Source: Azolla caroliniana
Lineage: Eukaryota > Plantae > Polypodiophyta
Length of the DNA stretch: 64,000 nucleotides
NCBI GenBank assembly: GCA_043228905.1
Contig: JBHGNT010000001.1
Span: 6,696,001-6,760,000, forward strand
Reading direction: 5' to 3'
Positions 1 through 10,388 of this stretch are shown in pieces (position 1 is the first letter of the stretch; each line of letters opens with the position of its first letter). The notes beneath the pieces were generated by a model. That model had not been told where the DNA came from. It made no database searches and saw only the letters and a list, made by a program, of their open reading frames with translations. Both the position numbers and the translations under genes were made by a program.

Positions 1-790
1 GTTCGAGGATGCCCATCTCCACCTTTTGCTTTAGGAGCTCCATCAACTTCGGGATGTGAGCTCTTGGCACCGGAATCGGCTTGAGATTCCATGGTACATG
101 CGGTACCGTGAAGATCACCATCGGTTCGACAACTATCGGGTCTACGCACCCGATCTCCTCTGGTGTGAATGCAAAAGCCTTCCCGTGCCTTCCGAGCATT
201 CTCCGAAACCGGTCCTCCTCCACCGGCAGTAGGAAGCCGCCCCCACCGACCTTGAGCTCCCGTAGCGTTATGTCGGTGAACCGGTGCCCTATGCCAGCCG
301 GATTTCGTAAACTTGGGTTCGACGCAACCCCTTTTATCCGCTCCTCGCTACCCTCCGGCAAGGGTGCCGCGACTGGCCTCACCTTCCGGTCCACAGTCTT
401 GTATTTCGTAGCCACGCGGGCCTCCCGATCCTTTCCCCAAAGTCTGCGATGACTTCGTATATTCCTATTGACCCCACCGGAACGGTCCGGTCTTCTCTAA
501 GGTCTTCATTGATCACCTTTCGTAGTTCGCCCAAGGTGTCGTCAAAAGAGACCGCCTCCACGACGCCGCTGATGCCCTCGTCGGGGAAGAGGACTCTGCA
601 TCCCCTGAGCCGCTCCTTCGCTCGCTTCCTCTCCCTGTTGCTAACGTTGGTTATAGTACAACCTCCGCTGTCGGAGAACCAAAATTTCCTACCTATGGCA
701 CAGGTCTTCTTCCGTACTGTACATTTGTGGGGTTCTTCCCGGGTGTCCGGACTATCGCGGCCCCACGCCTTGACAACCCTCTCTAAAAAT
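1..790 (-). pseudogene. pol: pol N-terminal part of element A (spacer leading into RT), with one disrupting frameshift near 430
   Basis: The -1 frame relative to gag is open from ~790 and includes track ORF 379-561. After a shift it reads KYKTVDRKVRPV...IFTVPHVPWNLKPIPVPRAHIPKLMELLKQKVEMGILE, typical of sequence just before Ty3 RT. Confidence 0.75.
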
Positions 791-2915
791 CCCCTCGGGT
801 TTCGCTGCCGAGGGCCTCGTGGTTACGCTCGTGGTTTGGTCGCACCGTTAGGAACTGGACTGAGTGATGCCCGTCCTGGCTCTTGACTCTTGCATAGGCT
901 AAACCGTTGTCCAGCACCTTGGTCTCCATCCGTGCCGCCGTGATATATGGTTCTCCCAGTATAACCGGATGCGAGGACGTCTCCTGCACGAAGAAGTGCT
1001 GGTCGATCTTGACATTGCCGATTTTCACCCGTACGTTCGGACAGGCCCCATGTAGTTCTTCCGTGGCGCGCGTCGCTGCCCGTATCTTCCAGCCATGCTT
1101 GGTGTTGATCGGCCATTTACCCTTCTTGTAGAAATCCATGGACATCAGGTTGATTTCGGATCCATGGTCTACCAACACCACCACTGGTTCCAGAACGTTG
1201 CCGATCCGTACTGGGGTTTCCGTATTCGTCCTGGCCCAATGCGGCTTTGTGTAGTGGCTTCCCGCCAGCTCATCTTCTAGGGCCCCGTCTTCCAGGTGCG
1301 TGGTCCGCACTTCCACCGGCTTCTCCGGTTCCGGCTCCGTCGAAAACCTCTTCCGTTTCACAAAGTCTACGATCGAGTCGTGGAACTCCCTCTTGGCGAT
1401 TCCCAGCACCTCCCGCAATGACAACTCCACTTTACTGTCGAGGATTCGCTCTTCAAGGACCTTCCGTAGGTCCGTTGCTCTCTCGATTTCGGTGCTCAAC
1501 TGAAACCCCGCCTGCTTCTTCCCATCCGGCACGCCTGGGTTGACGGCACCGGCCGGTTTCGGCCCGAATCGGGTCTCATACCTCGGGGGCCCAACCCCTC
1601 CAACCTTTCCTGCCCGTTTGTCCTCCACCAGAACCTCGTAGTTCTGGCAAGTGGCTTCTACGAAGCCCATTTTCTCTTCCACCGGATCGTCCCAACCGGT
1701 GACCTCTTGGACCCGCTGTTTCACGCGGTCCGCCTCTTCCTTCCTCAACCGAACTCCGGAGAGGCCTTCTAGCACTAGCGGCCAGAATCCGGAGTCCTTC
1801 GCCTTCCGGGTCTCATCACCCCCCACCCGAATTCCCGCCGACACTGAGTAGTTAATGGCTTCGACGTGTAGTGCCACGGCCTCTTCCATCAACCTCTTCA
1901 TTCCGCCGCGCCCCGTATTCAGTTCCAGGGCTCTCCGGGTCTCGCTCGCATGCACCTGCCCGTTCCAGAGGTACTCTACGTTGGTTCTGAGCGCGTCGGC
2001 GAAATCCGCGCAGTCCTTCCGAATGTGACCGATCGCGTCACACCACATGCACCGCTGCCCAGCCGGCGGCCTCCGGTCGTGAGGTTGCTCACCGCTGTCT
2101 CTTCGGGCCTGTGCGATCTGCAGGTCGCGCACCATCTGTGTTAGCTCCTCCAGAGCCGCTCCTCCGGATGGGCCTCTGACCATGTCGTTCGATGCCGACC
2201 CCGACTCTGGCCAGATTCGGGTCTCTTCCTTCCTCCCAACCAGCACTGAAACCGGCTCCTCGAGCCTCCTCCCTAGGACCGGCCCCGACCCCGACGTGCT
2301 TCTGTCGCTCCAATCGCGCCGTTTGTCGAAACGGCTGCACACCTGTTTTACCACGGCCCAGTTCGTTGTGAGCCCTTCGTCCATTTCCAATAGGGGCCCC
2401 ACCTTTTCCCTGTCGAGCGCATCCACCGACTTGACAAACAGCAGTACTCGACTTGTTTCGAGCACCGTCTGGTCCAGCGTCGACAGCCCCGCGAACCGTT
2501 TTTTGAACTCCTGGAGGAGCACCGACGTGTTCGTCCCTTTTCCGGGGCTTTCCACCCACGCCATGAAGTCCCGCCTCGACAGCCGGAGCGAGTCGTCAAA
2601 CCCGTACTTCTCGAGGAGCTGCAGCTCGAACTCCTCCCAAGTCTGGCATCCGGCCAGCACCTCGAGCATCTCCGCATGGATGCCCGGCGTCACCAACCGA
2701 GGGAATTCGAACAACCGCCTGTCCACCGGGATATCCCTCATGATCATTTCGGCCCAGTAAGCCTCCAAATAACTTGTGGCGTCTTTCCCTCCGAAACGGC
2801 CTATAGAGCCGACGATCGATTCAATGGCTCTGTCAAGGGTACCCGTTCCCTCACGAGCGCTCACCAGCCGGTCGACGGCCACCGCCATTGCCTTCGCTAC
2901 CTCCGATCCCCTCAT
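783..2915 (-). CDS. gag: Gag-aspartic protease polyprotein of element A
   Basis: 710-aa ORF with a CCHC knuckle (CMWCDAIGHIRKDC), a protease motif (VLVDHGSEINLM) and ILGEPY. Confidence 0.88.
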   Translation of the reverse strand: MRGSEVAKAMAVAVDRLVSAREGTGTLDRAIESIVGSIGRFGGKDATSYLEAYWAEMIMRDIPVDRRLFEFPRLVTPGIHAEMLEVLAGCQTWEEFELQLLEKYGFDDSLRLSRRDFMAWVESPGKGTNTSVLLQEFKKRFAGLSTLDQTVLETSRVLLFVKSVDALDREKVGPLLEMDEGLTTNWAVVKQVCSRFDKRRDWSDRSTSGSGPVLGRRLEEPVSVLVGRKEETRIWPESGSASNDMVRGPSGGAALEELTQMVRDLQIAQARRDSGEQPHDRRPPAGQRCMWCDAIGHIRKDCADFADALRTNVEYLWNGQVHASETRRALELNTGRGGMKRLMEEAVALHVEAINYSVSAGIRVGGDETRKAKDSGFWPLVLEGLSGVRLRKEEADRVKQRVQEVTGWDDPVEEKMGFVEATCQNYEVLVEDKRAGKVGGVGPPRYETRFGPKPAGAVNPGVPDGKKQAGFQLSTEIERATDLRKVLEERILDSKVELSLREVLGIAKREFHDSIVDFVKRKRFSTEPEPEKPVEVRTTHLEDGALEDELAGSHYTKPHWARTNTETPVRIGNVLEPVVVLVDHGSEINLMSMDFYKKGKWPINTKHGWKIRAATRATEELHGACPNVRVKIGNVKIDQHFFVQETSSHPVILGEPYITAARMETKVLDNGLAYARVKSQDGHHSVQFLTVRPNHERNHEALGSETRGDF

Positions 2916-2937
2916 CTTTCAACTCCTCTGCCGCCTC

Positions 2938-2955
2938 TTCACGTTGGGTTCACCA
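2938..2955 (-). promoter_or_regulatory. Primer-binding site complementary to the tRNA-Trp 3' end (one mismatch)
   Basis: Minus strand TGGTGAACCCAACGTGAA, 4 nt after the LTR end; plant tRNA-Trp ends ...TTCACGTCGGGTTCACCA (recalled). Confidence 0.8.
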
Positions 2956-2959
2956 AAGA

Positions 2960-3592
2960 TGTCGCGTTATTACGCGGGTACGTGTGGAAAGGGGCGAGAC
3001 CACGGGGGTCTTGGACTGAGGAGCGAGAGAGAGATAGATAGAGAGAGATTCACCGACACGAAAAGCGAGAAGGAAAGAGATAGAATCGTAACACTTAATT
3101 ATAATGGCAAGAGATTACAATCCCTGACAGTTACAACCAACGTGGCGGCGACGGACCCGACACGGGGACCCTACTCACGCACACCGACGACAATCACCCG
3201 ACTCCAAGAAACAAAGGGGGAAAAGGGTGCGACTCTATTGGAAGCACACAGGCTGTCCACGAAGCAGAGGCAGCGCCCTCCCACAGGCGGCGACGGACCC
3301 CACAGAGAACGACGGCTCCAGGAGTAGAGAGAGAGCTCGGCTTCTCTTCTGCAGTAGCGCTTTTCTTTTTCTTTTTTTCTCCCTCGCGCGCGATATCCTT
3401 TTCTTTCTCCTCTTGCCTTTTATTCCATGTCCCCCTTTGGGATACACACAATCCCCTCTAATAAATGCGTGTGGCTAAGTAGTCACATCCACCGGTTCGC
3501 GTACAAAGTATCTAGTCACGCGTCCATCCGTGTAGGGGCCGGTTTACGCGCTTTCTCTCTGATTCCGCCTATGGCTAGTTTTCTTCACGACA
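2960..3592 (-). repeat. 5' LTR of element A (633 bp)
   Basis: TG...CA termini with TGTCG/CGACA inverted ends, directly followed by the primer site on the minus strand. Confidence 0.8.
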
Positions 3593-4212
3593 ATGGGTGA
3601 AGATCCTCTCGGGGAGTGCGGAGGCGCACAACCTACAGGTGAGAGCGTCCAACGGATTTACATTGCTCCAAGGGCTAGGGGATGTCGACCTAGAAGTGTT
3701 GGCAACAACGATGTCCCCATGTGAATCCTTGTCCCGCAAGCTTGTGTTCTCCACCCCGATGGAGATGCAACCACAACAGGTACCGTCCACCCCGAAGGAG
3801 ATGTTGACAAAGGCCCCCCTCAAGATGGAACATGAATGTGGTGGTGACCTTAGATTAGTGAAGTCGTGGATCCGAACGGGCACGATCAAGGGAAAAATAG
3901 GTAGACCATCACCTGGTTTGGCCTCTCTGTGCTAGAGGGGTGCAGGATATGCAACCGCTTAGGAGCCAAACTATTTCGCGGGAACCATTTAAAGTAGGCC
4001 GGGAACGACATGCTGGGAATCCCTTAGGGGCTCTCCAATCTACTGTGGAATCCCTACCCCCAGAAGTAGATGATAGTTTGCCCCCTAACATGGGGGTTGT
4101 CATGAATAGTACTAAAACAGAGAGAGAATTAGTACTAGAGAAGGGAAGTACTATTAGTACTAAGAGGACGGGACTACGTAAGACTCCCGAAAGAGGAAGA
4201 GAGAAAAGGAGA

Positions 4213-7200
4213 GAAAGAAAGAAAGAAAGATGTATTAACGTCTTCTAAGGCCAAATTTGGCCCATGAGACAATTGGTTTACAACAATAGAGTATTTATCC
4301 AGTCATCATAACTAAAATAAAATTAAGTAAAAAAATAGAACTTAAACTAAAAGAGTTCTAGTAGTGTACAATATGTAGTATACTCGAAAGTGACTATACA
4401 CTAAGCCTAATTTTATTTCCACCCAAGCCTCTCGAAAAGAAGTGGGGGGTCAAAGGGTCTTGATGTGGGTTCCAATGTAGAGAGTGCCCTCGCCATGGCT
4501 TCTAGGCGGTGTAGCTCACGTTCCCTTATTTTCAATATTGCTTCCACATCACGTTGAGTTGCTTTGAAACCTGGCACCCGAGGACGTCTGGTTCTTCTCT
4601 GGTTTTCTGCCTCATCAATGGAAAGGCCGAGTGGTGCAAGTGTGTCGGCATTCGTTGTCTCCTCAGGTTCCTGAAAAACTGCATTTGTTACATGTTCGTG
4701 ATCATTAGCAACATTATTGTCAACATTTTGTAATTTATTCTCTCTGTGTTGTTTTAGCTCTAGAATGTATTTGCCTAATTTCTTTATATCTAGAGTATCT
4801 AATAGTTTGGGGAGGGTGGGAGACGGACCAAGTATGTCTTGGTATTTTGCCCTTATCTCGGCATAGGTTGGACACTTGCATGTAAAGTGGTACTCATCCT
4901 CTATCTCTATGTGGCATAACCTACATATCCTTTCCTCCCTAGGGACTCCACTAGTACGGCCATTTTCAATCTCAAGTTGGTGAGATGATATTCGAAGTTG
5001 TCCAATGGCAACCCTTAGTGCATGTGGTAAGAATACATCTAGATATTTTGGCCGCGTGATAAAACCTAACTCAGAGAAGTGCATGAATTGTTTCTTATAG
5101 TACGACATTTTAGATGGGAGTGGCTCTAGTGGGGTGATCCATTTACACCGAGTGTAAATTTGCCATATTTCTTGGCGTATTACTTTATTGCGGTTCTCAT
5201 GAGAGATTAAGGTGTTATCACTCGTGTGGTTGTACCTAAGGGAAGGTAGGTTATTAATGTCTAGACCATTCGCAAGAAGCCAACTCACCATCATGCCATA
5301 CCATGAGCTAGTATAGCCGGACTCATACAATGATCGAGAGGCCTTAAAGGCTTGATGAGATATTCTATCATGTGGTTGGCTATGTATCCTATCAATGAAG
5401 ACTACAAGTTGAAAAAGTGCCTCTACTAGCATTGGGGGTAACGTGAACTCGGCCCTAATAATGTCATGTGGTACAGTCGATTTGCTTCGGAGTTGGCGTG
5501 ATAGCATCATCAGCAATGGTCTCTCTAATTGCGTCCACATGAAGGATGGTAATCCTGGAGCCCAAACCGCTGATGCATACATGAGGGAGGGGGTCACTAA
5601 TGAGTCAAAGAGCCACCCTTTAGTCCGTGGCTCTTGAAAGTGTGCTTGGTGGCATTGTCTCTCTAGGAGTGAGAGGGATGCATGTCCTCTCGTGAGTCTA
5701 TCCTTCGCTGCCTGTGTCATCGAAAATTTACCTGAGCGGGCACTAAAAGTGACTCCGAGATAGACGTACGATTCAACCACCTCGACTAGGCTATGGGAGA
5801 TAGTTAGGTGACACTTAGCTCTAACTTGGGCCGATGTGTGGAAGATAAGGACTTTCGTTTTCCCTAGATTCACTACCAAACCTCGTTGTACACAAAAGTC
5901 ATCTAAGGCATTAAGGTGCCTCTGTAGGTCGTGTTCGGATTCAGAGAGCAAAACTATGTCATCCGCATAGAGCAAGATACGAACCTGCGTATCCCCAAGG
6001 ACCACTCCGGTGCCTCCCTCACGAGCAATAAAATCTGTGATCTCATCAATGTAGATCCCAAAAAACGTCGGTGATAGGGGGCAACCTTGTTTTACACCAA
6101 TAGTTCTAGTGAAATGATTGGATAGGCCACCTGGGCATCGGACACACCCGGACACTTGTTCATATAGTGCGTAGATGGCCCATACCATATCATCTGGTAT
6201 CCTCAAGCTTTTAAGTCTATCAAACAACCGCTCTCTAGGGACTGTGTCAAAGGCTTTGCGGAAGTCCACAAAACAGCAATATAATTTCTTCTTGCGAGCC
6301 TTAGTTTGGTCAATTAGGCATTTAAGTGTGAAGATATGATCAATAGTGGAGAAGGCTCGTCTAAAGCCAGCTTGTTCAGGTGCACGAAGGTTTAGGGTCT
6401 CCATGTAGTCGCTAAGCTCTGCTTCCATTACTGCACCATATAACTTAGCAAGGGTATGGCCTATCATAATGGTCCTATATGTATTTGGGTCCATGGGGAC
6501 CCCCCTTTATGTATGGGGGCCACTGTATTCATAGTCCACTGTGGTGGAAAACCCTCTGCAAGGGCACGATTGAAGATTAGAGTTAGCAAGGGAGCTAGGC
6601 ACTCTCTCGCATATATAATGTGTTCTGCTCGCAATCCTGTGTGGTCCATGGACTTCCTATGTTGTAATTTCTGTATGACCTTCATGACCCTAGAGGTCGT
6701 GAAAAGTGTCCCCGTGGTAGGCCGGGGTGTGGAAGGCATTGGAAAGGGTGGTTGGTTTGGGATTTGGTAAAGTCTCTTTGTATATGTGTGCCAAGTTTCG
6801 AGATCTTCGATGGGTGTTTGTGGTCTTGGCTCCCGTAGTCTCTTCCATGCCGTGGCGCAATCGCTACTCATGAGCATATGGTAGAGTTCCCAGTATTGGG
6901 ATGCCTCCCACGCTCGTCTCTTACGACGTGTCATCTTACGCATTTCTTTGCGAGCTTGTATGGAGGTAATACTACCATTGAGTTGCAATACTGTAAGTTG
7001 TCTATGTAGGTCCCTACAATCCTCGTCATACCATTTATTTTGTGGCATTGGTCTTGATCTACCTTGATTTGAGTGTTTTGTATATGGGAAACTGCTAGCT
7101 GCTGTGGAGTGAAGGATATGTGTGAGTTTTGTACTAAGGCTTTCTAACGGTAGGGAGGGATCAATGGAGGGGAGATGGGCCTGAACATGTTGAGAGTATA

Positions 7201-7257
7201 TGTCAGAGAGCTCATGTGTGAAATGTATTGTGGTGTGATGGCATGGTTGACTAGACA
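4213..7257 (-). mobile_element. 5'-truncated RTE-like LINE with a (TTTC)n tail, inserted in the (GA)n tract of LTR B
   Basis: RT ORFs 6464-7048 and 4413-6494 joined by one frameshift; 3' end reads ...TTAATACATCTTTCTTTCTTTC; flanked by GA repeats. Confidence 0.88.
4413..6494 (-). CDS. LINE reverse transcriptase with C-terminal CCHC zinc finger
   Basis: Motifs QAGFR, FVDFRKAFD, GVKQGCPLSP, LYADD, YVYLG and CRLC...EDEYHFTCKC. Confidence 0.88.
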   Translation of the reverse strand: MDPNTYRTIMIGHTLAKLYGAVMEAELSDYMETLNLRAPEQAGFRRAFSTIDHIFTLKCLIDQTKARKKKLYCCFVDFRKAFDTVPRERLFDRLKSLRIPDDMVWAIYALYEQVSGCVRCPGGLSNHFTRTIGVKQGCPLSPTFFGIYIDEITDFIAREGGTGVVLGDTQVRILLYADDIVLLSESEHDLQRHLNALDDFCVQRGLVVNLGKTKVLIFHTSAQVRAKCHLTISHSLVEVVESYVYLGVTFSARSGKFSMTQAAKDRLTRGHASLSLLERQCHQAHFQEPRTKGWLFDSLVTPSLMYASAVWAPGLPSFMWTQLERPLLMMLSRQLRSKSTVPHDIIRAEFTLPPMLVEALFQLVVFIDRIHSQPHDRISHQAFKASRSLYESGYTSSWYGMMVSWLLANGLDINNLPSLRYNHTSDNTLISHENRNKVIRQEIWQIYTRCKWITPLEPLPSKMSYYKKQFMHFSELGFITRPKYLDVFLPHALRVAIGQLRISSHQLEIENGRTSGVPREERICRLCHIEIEDEYHFTCKCPTYAEIRAKYQDILGPSPTLPKLLDTLDIKKLGKYILELKQHRENKLQNVDNNVANDHEHVTNAVFQEPEETTNADTLAPLGLSIDEAENQRRTRRPRVPGFKATQRDVEAILKIRERELHRLEAMARALSTLEPTSRPFDPPLLFERLGWK

Positions 7258-7521
7258 GAGAGAGAGAGAGAGAGAGAGAGCGAGGACGAGAGAGAGAGAG
7301 AGAGATGATAACAAATGATATATTATATGAAGAGTAAGTACAAAATAGCTATGAGGCTTAAGACTGGTGTTGAACCAATTGGGTTCGAAATAATACCTTG
7401 TGCATCCTTTTATAGTGTTCTCAGCAGTAGTCCTAAAGCTTCTAGAATGTTCCAAAGAAATCTGGAATATACATTAATTTTCTATAGTAAAACTTAAATG
7501 AAAATAATATCTTAAGTATTA

Positions 7522-7593
7522 CAATAGATAATGTAATGGTCAAGAGCTCGACCCATATAACATAAGGTCATGGCTTCGAGTCTTGCCATATCA
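7522..7593 (+). ncRNA. tRNA-like Pol III cassette in the 3' LTR of B (mutated copy)
   Basis: A box TAATGTAATGG 7529-7539 and B box GCTTCGAGTC 7573-7582; homologous to 16379-16450. Confidence 0.5.
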
Positions 7594-7598
7594 TGACG

Positions 7599-9658
7599 CT
7601 ATCCTTCCCTTACGACGAGTGTAACGAGTCGGCATTGATTGAGGATCGGGTTTGTCCGGATACTGTCGGTGGAAATCAGCAAGAAGATCCAGAGCATTGG
7701 CGACATGCTCGACGGGTTCCCGAGCCAAACGACCAAATAATAAAGTTTGTTGCGAACGAACTTGGAGTCGAGGATGGCAACAACTTCATACTTCGGGCCG
7801 ACGTCCAACTCAAGCGGGGGCGGCGGTGGTGTAACACGATCTGGAATAGTGTTGGCCTTATAAGGTTCAAGAAGAGAACTATGGAAGACCGGATGTATCT
7901 GAAGGTGTGAATGAAGATCAAGGCGGAATGTGACATCATTAATCTTACCGGTAATATGGAAATGACCGAGTCGTCGATAATCCAATTTGTCACACGGTCA
8001 AGTAGTCTTGATGTGACGACGTAAGAGCCATACTCGATCTCCGATGGCAAAAGAGGAGGGAAGCCGATGACGATCCACATAAGTCTTCTGATCAGGTCGA
8101 GGAGTGAATAGCATTATTATAAGCAAACTCCGCAAAGTGGAGAATATTAGCCCAATCGTCTTGTTGGTAACTCAGAAAACACTAGAGGTATTGTGCGAGC
8201 ATTTGATTTGTTCGTTCCGCCTGCCCTTTAGTTTGGGGATAGTAACCGGAGGAGGGGTTGCAAGAGACCTTGAGCATCTTAAAGAGATGCTTCCAAAATT
8301 TGGAGACAAATTGAGGTCCTCGGTCACTAATGATACTGTCTGGGAGGCCATGATGCCGAAATACCTCACGCATGACAAGGGTGGCGGTTTCTTCACTTGT
8401 GATGGCCTTAGTACAAGGCACAAAATGTGTCATCTTAATATATTGATCGACGACGGTTAAGATAGCATCGAAACCCTTTAAGACTGGAAGATCTGTGATA
8501 AAATCAAGACAAATGGACTGCCATGGCTTACTTGGAATTGGTAAGGATTCCAACAAGTCATATGGATGATGTCGTGGCATCTTTGCTCGGCAACAAGCAT
8601 CACAGGTCCGAACATAGTCGTCAACAAAACGTCGCATATGGGACCACCAAAAAGATCGTTGAACTAGATCCAACGTCTTAGTACTACCGAAATATCCCAT
8701 TGTATGGGTGTCATGACAATTTTGGACGATTTGAAGGCGACAAGAGCAATCGAGAACATATACAAGCTTTTTAAAGAATAATAAACCATCATGATATTCG
8801 AATTGTCGGTAGTCCATACCTGGTTGTTGAGACTGGGAATAGGATGCCCGAGAGGTATCAATTTGCGCTAGAATGGCTTGAGCAAAACTGTCCGTCTTCA
8901 AGTTGGCACGTATGGCATTGATAATCCGGGAATCCAGTGGAGTGTGAAAAATCCGTGTTGTGTGCAAACGTGTTGGTCCCAAGATTACCTGCTTTTGATT
9001 ATCAAATGTTGGATCACCAAGACGAGGTGCAAGATATGAACGTCGTGATAGTGCATCTGTTATTCCTTGTTGCTTCCCCAGCCGATATGTGATTTTGAAG
9101 TAAAAAAGCGTGAGGAATTGGGCCCACCGAGCTTGCCGTCGATTTAGTACACGAGCGTTCTAGAAATAAGCAAGTTTTTTATGATCACTGAAGACGATGA
9201 CATGATGTGGAGAGCCCTCTAAGAAGTGCCACCATTGCACAAATGACCTGAAGTCCTTCTAATAACTCCTTGTCATGTATTTCGTAGTTCCACAAGATGT
9301 AACTTTTCTTTATCTCCTGGTTGTGAAAGGATGCTACCAAGGGTGAAATCCGATGCGTCGGCCTCCATGATGAATGGTTTTTTTGTATCCACATGAGCTA
9401 GAATAGGAGCTGATGTAAAGGCTGTCTTAAGATGCATAAAAGTCATGTCCGCTTCATTGGACCAAAGAAATGCATGTTCCTTCTTGGTAAGCTGTGTGAG
9501 AGGCAAAATAATCTTCGAGTAATCTTGTATAAACTTGCGGTAGAAGTTAGCAAAGCCTAGGAAACATTGTACATCTCGTAACGAACATGGAGTTTGCCAC
9601 TCTAACACAGTTTTGACTTTAGCTAGATCCATGGAGATGCCCTTTGAGGAGATGACGT
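7599..9658 (-). pseudogene. pol: RT C-terminus, RNase H, integrase and chromodomain of element B (frameshifted)
   Basis: FLGFANFYRKFI, EADASDF, HHCC (CHD...CDAC), ISDRGPQF and chromodomain-like YEVVAILDSK...YYLVVWLG. Confidence 0.88.
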
Positions 9659-10387
9659 TGTCGTGCCTTTCGGCTCCGGATCGTTTGCGTGAGTCGGGTG
9701 GGAACCGCTGGGGTTTTGGACTAGGAAGAGGAGAGTTTTAAGGCTAATAAGAATATAAATATGTTGTAAGAAAGAGTTATAGCAAACTCGTGAATCCCAC
9801 GAGTGTATTGTATTAGATTAATCAATATGAATATAAGAATATAAACTTCGGTTGAAAGAGAATGATATAGAATCCTCGTGAATCCCACGAGTATAGTTTA
9901 TTAATTGGTGTTTTTTAGAAACATATCCAGTTTCCAAATATTTTTCACACACAATTACATTGTGCTCCCCATCCTTATGTAGTGATGAGGAAGTCTTAGT
10001 AATCCATGCTTTTTCTCTAACTATAGACCCCATGCTTTTCCTATAGATAGACTATATGCTTTATCTAAAGTGATCATGCTTTTTTCTAACTTGTGCGTTT
10101 TTTATCATGCACGCTAGATGTGTATGTGTAGCTTTTTCTTTTGTTATGCGTTTTTCTAATGTTTATCCTAGCGTGAATTTACCTTTCTATGTGGGACATC
10201 TATACTTTAACACTAATGAAATGCTAGTGTAATGGTAAGACATTACATTATTAACATGGAGGTGCAAGGTTCGAATCTTGCCCTATGCATGTTCCATTTA
10301 TTTTGCTATTTTCTTCTATTTCTTCATTTTTTATTGAATCTAATACTATATACGTTTTTCACGTAGTGTACAAAATACACTACGACA
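9659..10387 (-). repeat. 3' LTR of element C
   Basis: TGTCGT...ACGACA; repeated at offset 2487 (identical spurious ORF translations at 9818 and 12305). Confidence 0.95.
10218..10296 (+). ncRNA. tRNA-like Pol III cassette in the 3' LTR of C
   Basis: A box TAGTGTAATGG at 10225, B box GGTTCGAATC at 10268, D stem GTGT/ACAT, T-arm-like stem GCAAG/CTTGC, and T-runs from 10297. Confidence 0.65.
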
Positions 10388-10388
10388 C

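Larger units (their letters stand above)
1..3592 (-). mobile_element. Ty3/gypsy LTR retrotransposon A (tRNA-Trp primed), 5' part; continues past the left window edge
   Basis: 5' LTR 2960-3592 bounded by TGTCG...CGACA, primer site 2938-2955, gag-protease ORF 783-2915, then pol sequence up to the RT-proximal region at the window start. Confidence 0.9.
4098..7598 (-). repeat. 3' LTR of element B, interrupted by an RTE-like LINE (LTR parts ~4098-4212 and ~7258-7598)
   Basis: Both parts align to 16012-16455 with scattered substitutions; the end reads TGACG instead of TGACA. Confidence 0.9.

Noticed and set aside
81-3327. Several long plus-strand ORFs
   Set aside because: Antisense shadows of GC-rich gag/pol and LTR sequence, with no recognisable motifs.
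3470-3505. Possible tRNA-like cassette in LTR A (TGGCTAAGTAG...CCGGTTCGCG)
   Set aside because: Boxes are only ~22 nt apart and the B box is poor, so it was not counted with the other cassettes.
9818-10033. Duplicated 71-aa ORF (also 12305-12520)
   Set aside because: Chance ORF inside the identical LTRs of element C.
10218-10296. Functional ochre suppressor tRNA gene
   Set aside because: Lacks U33, has an irregular T arm and a displaced acceptor strand; kept only as tRNA-like.
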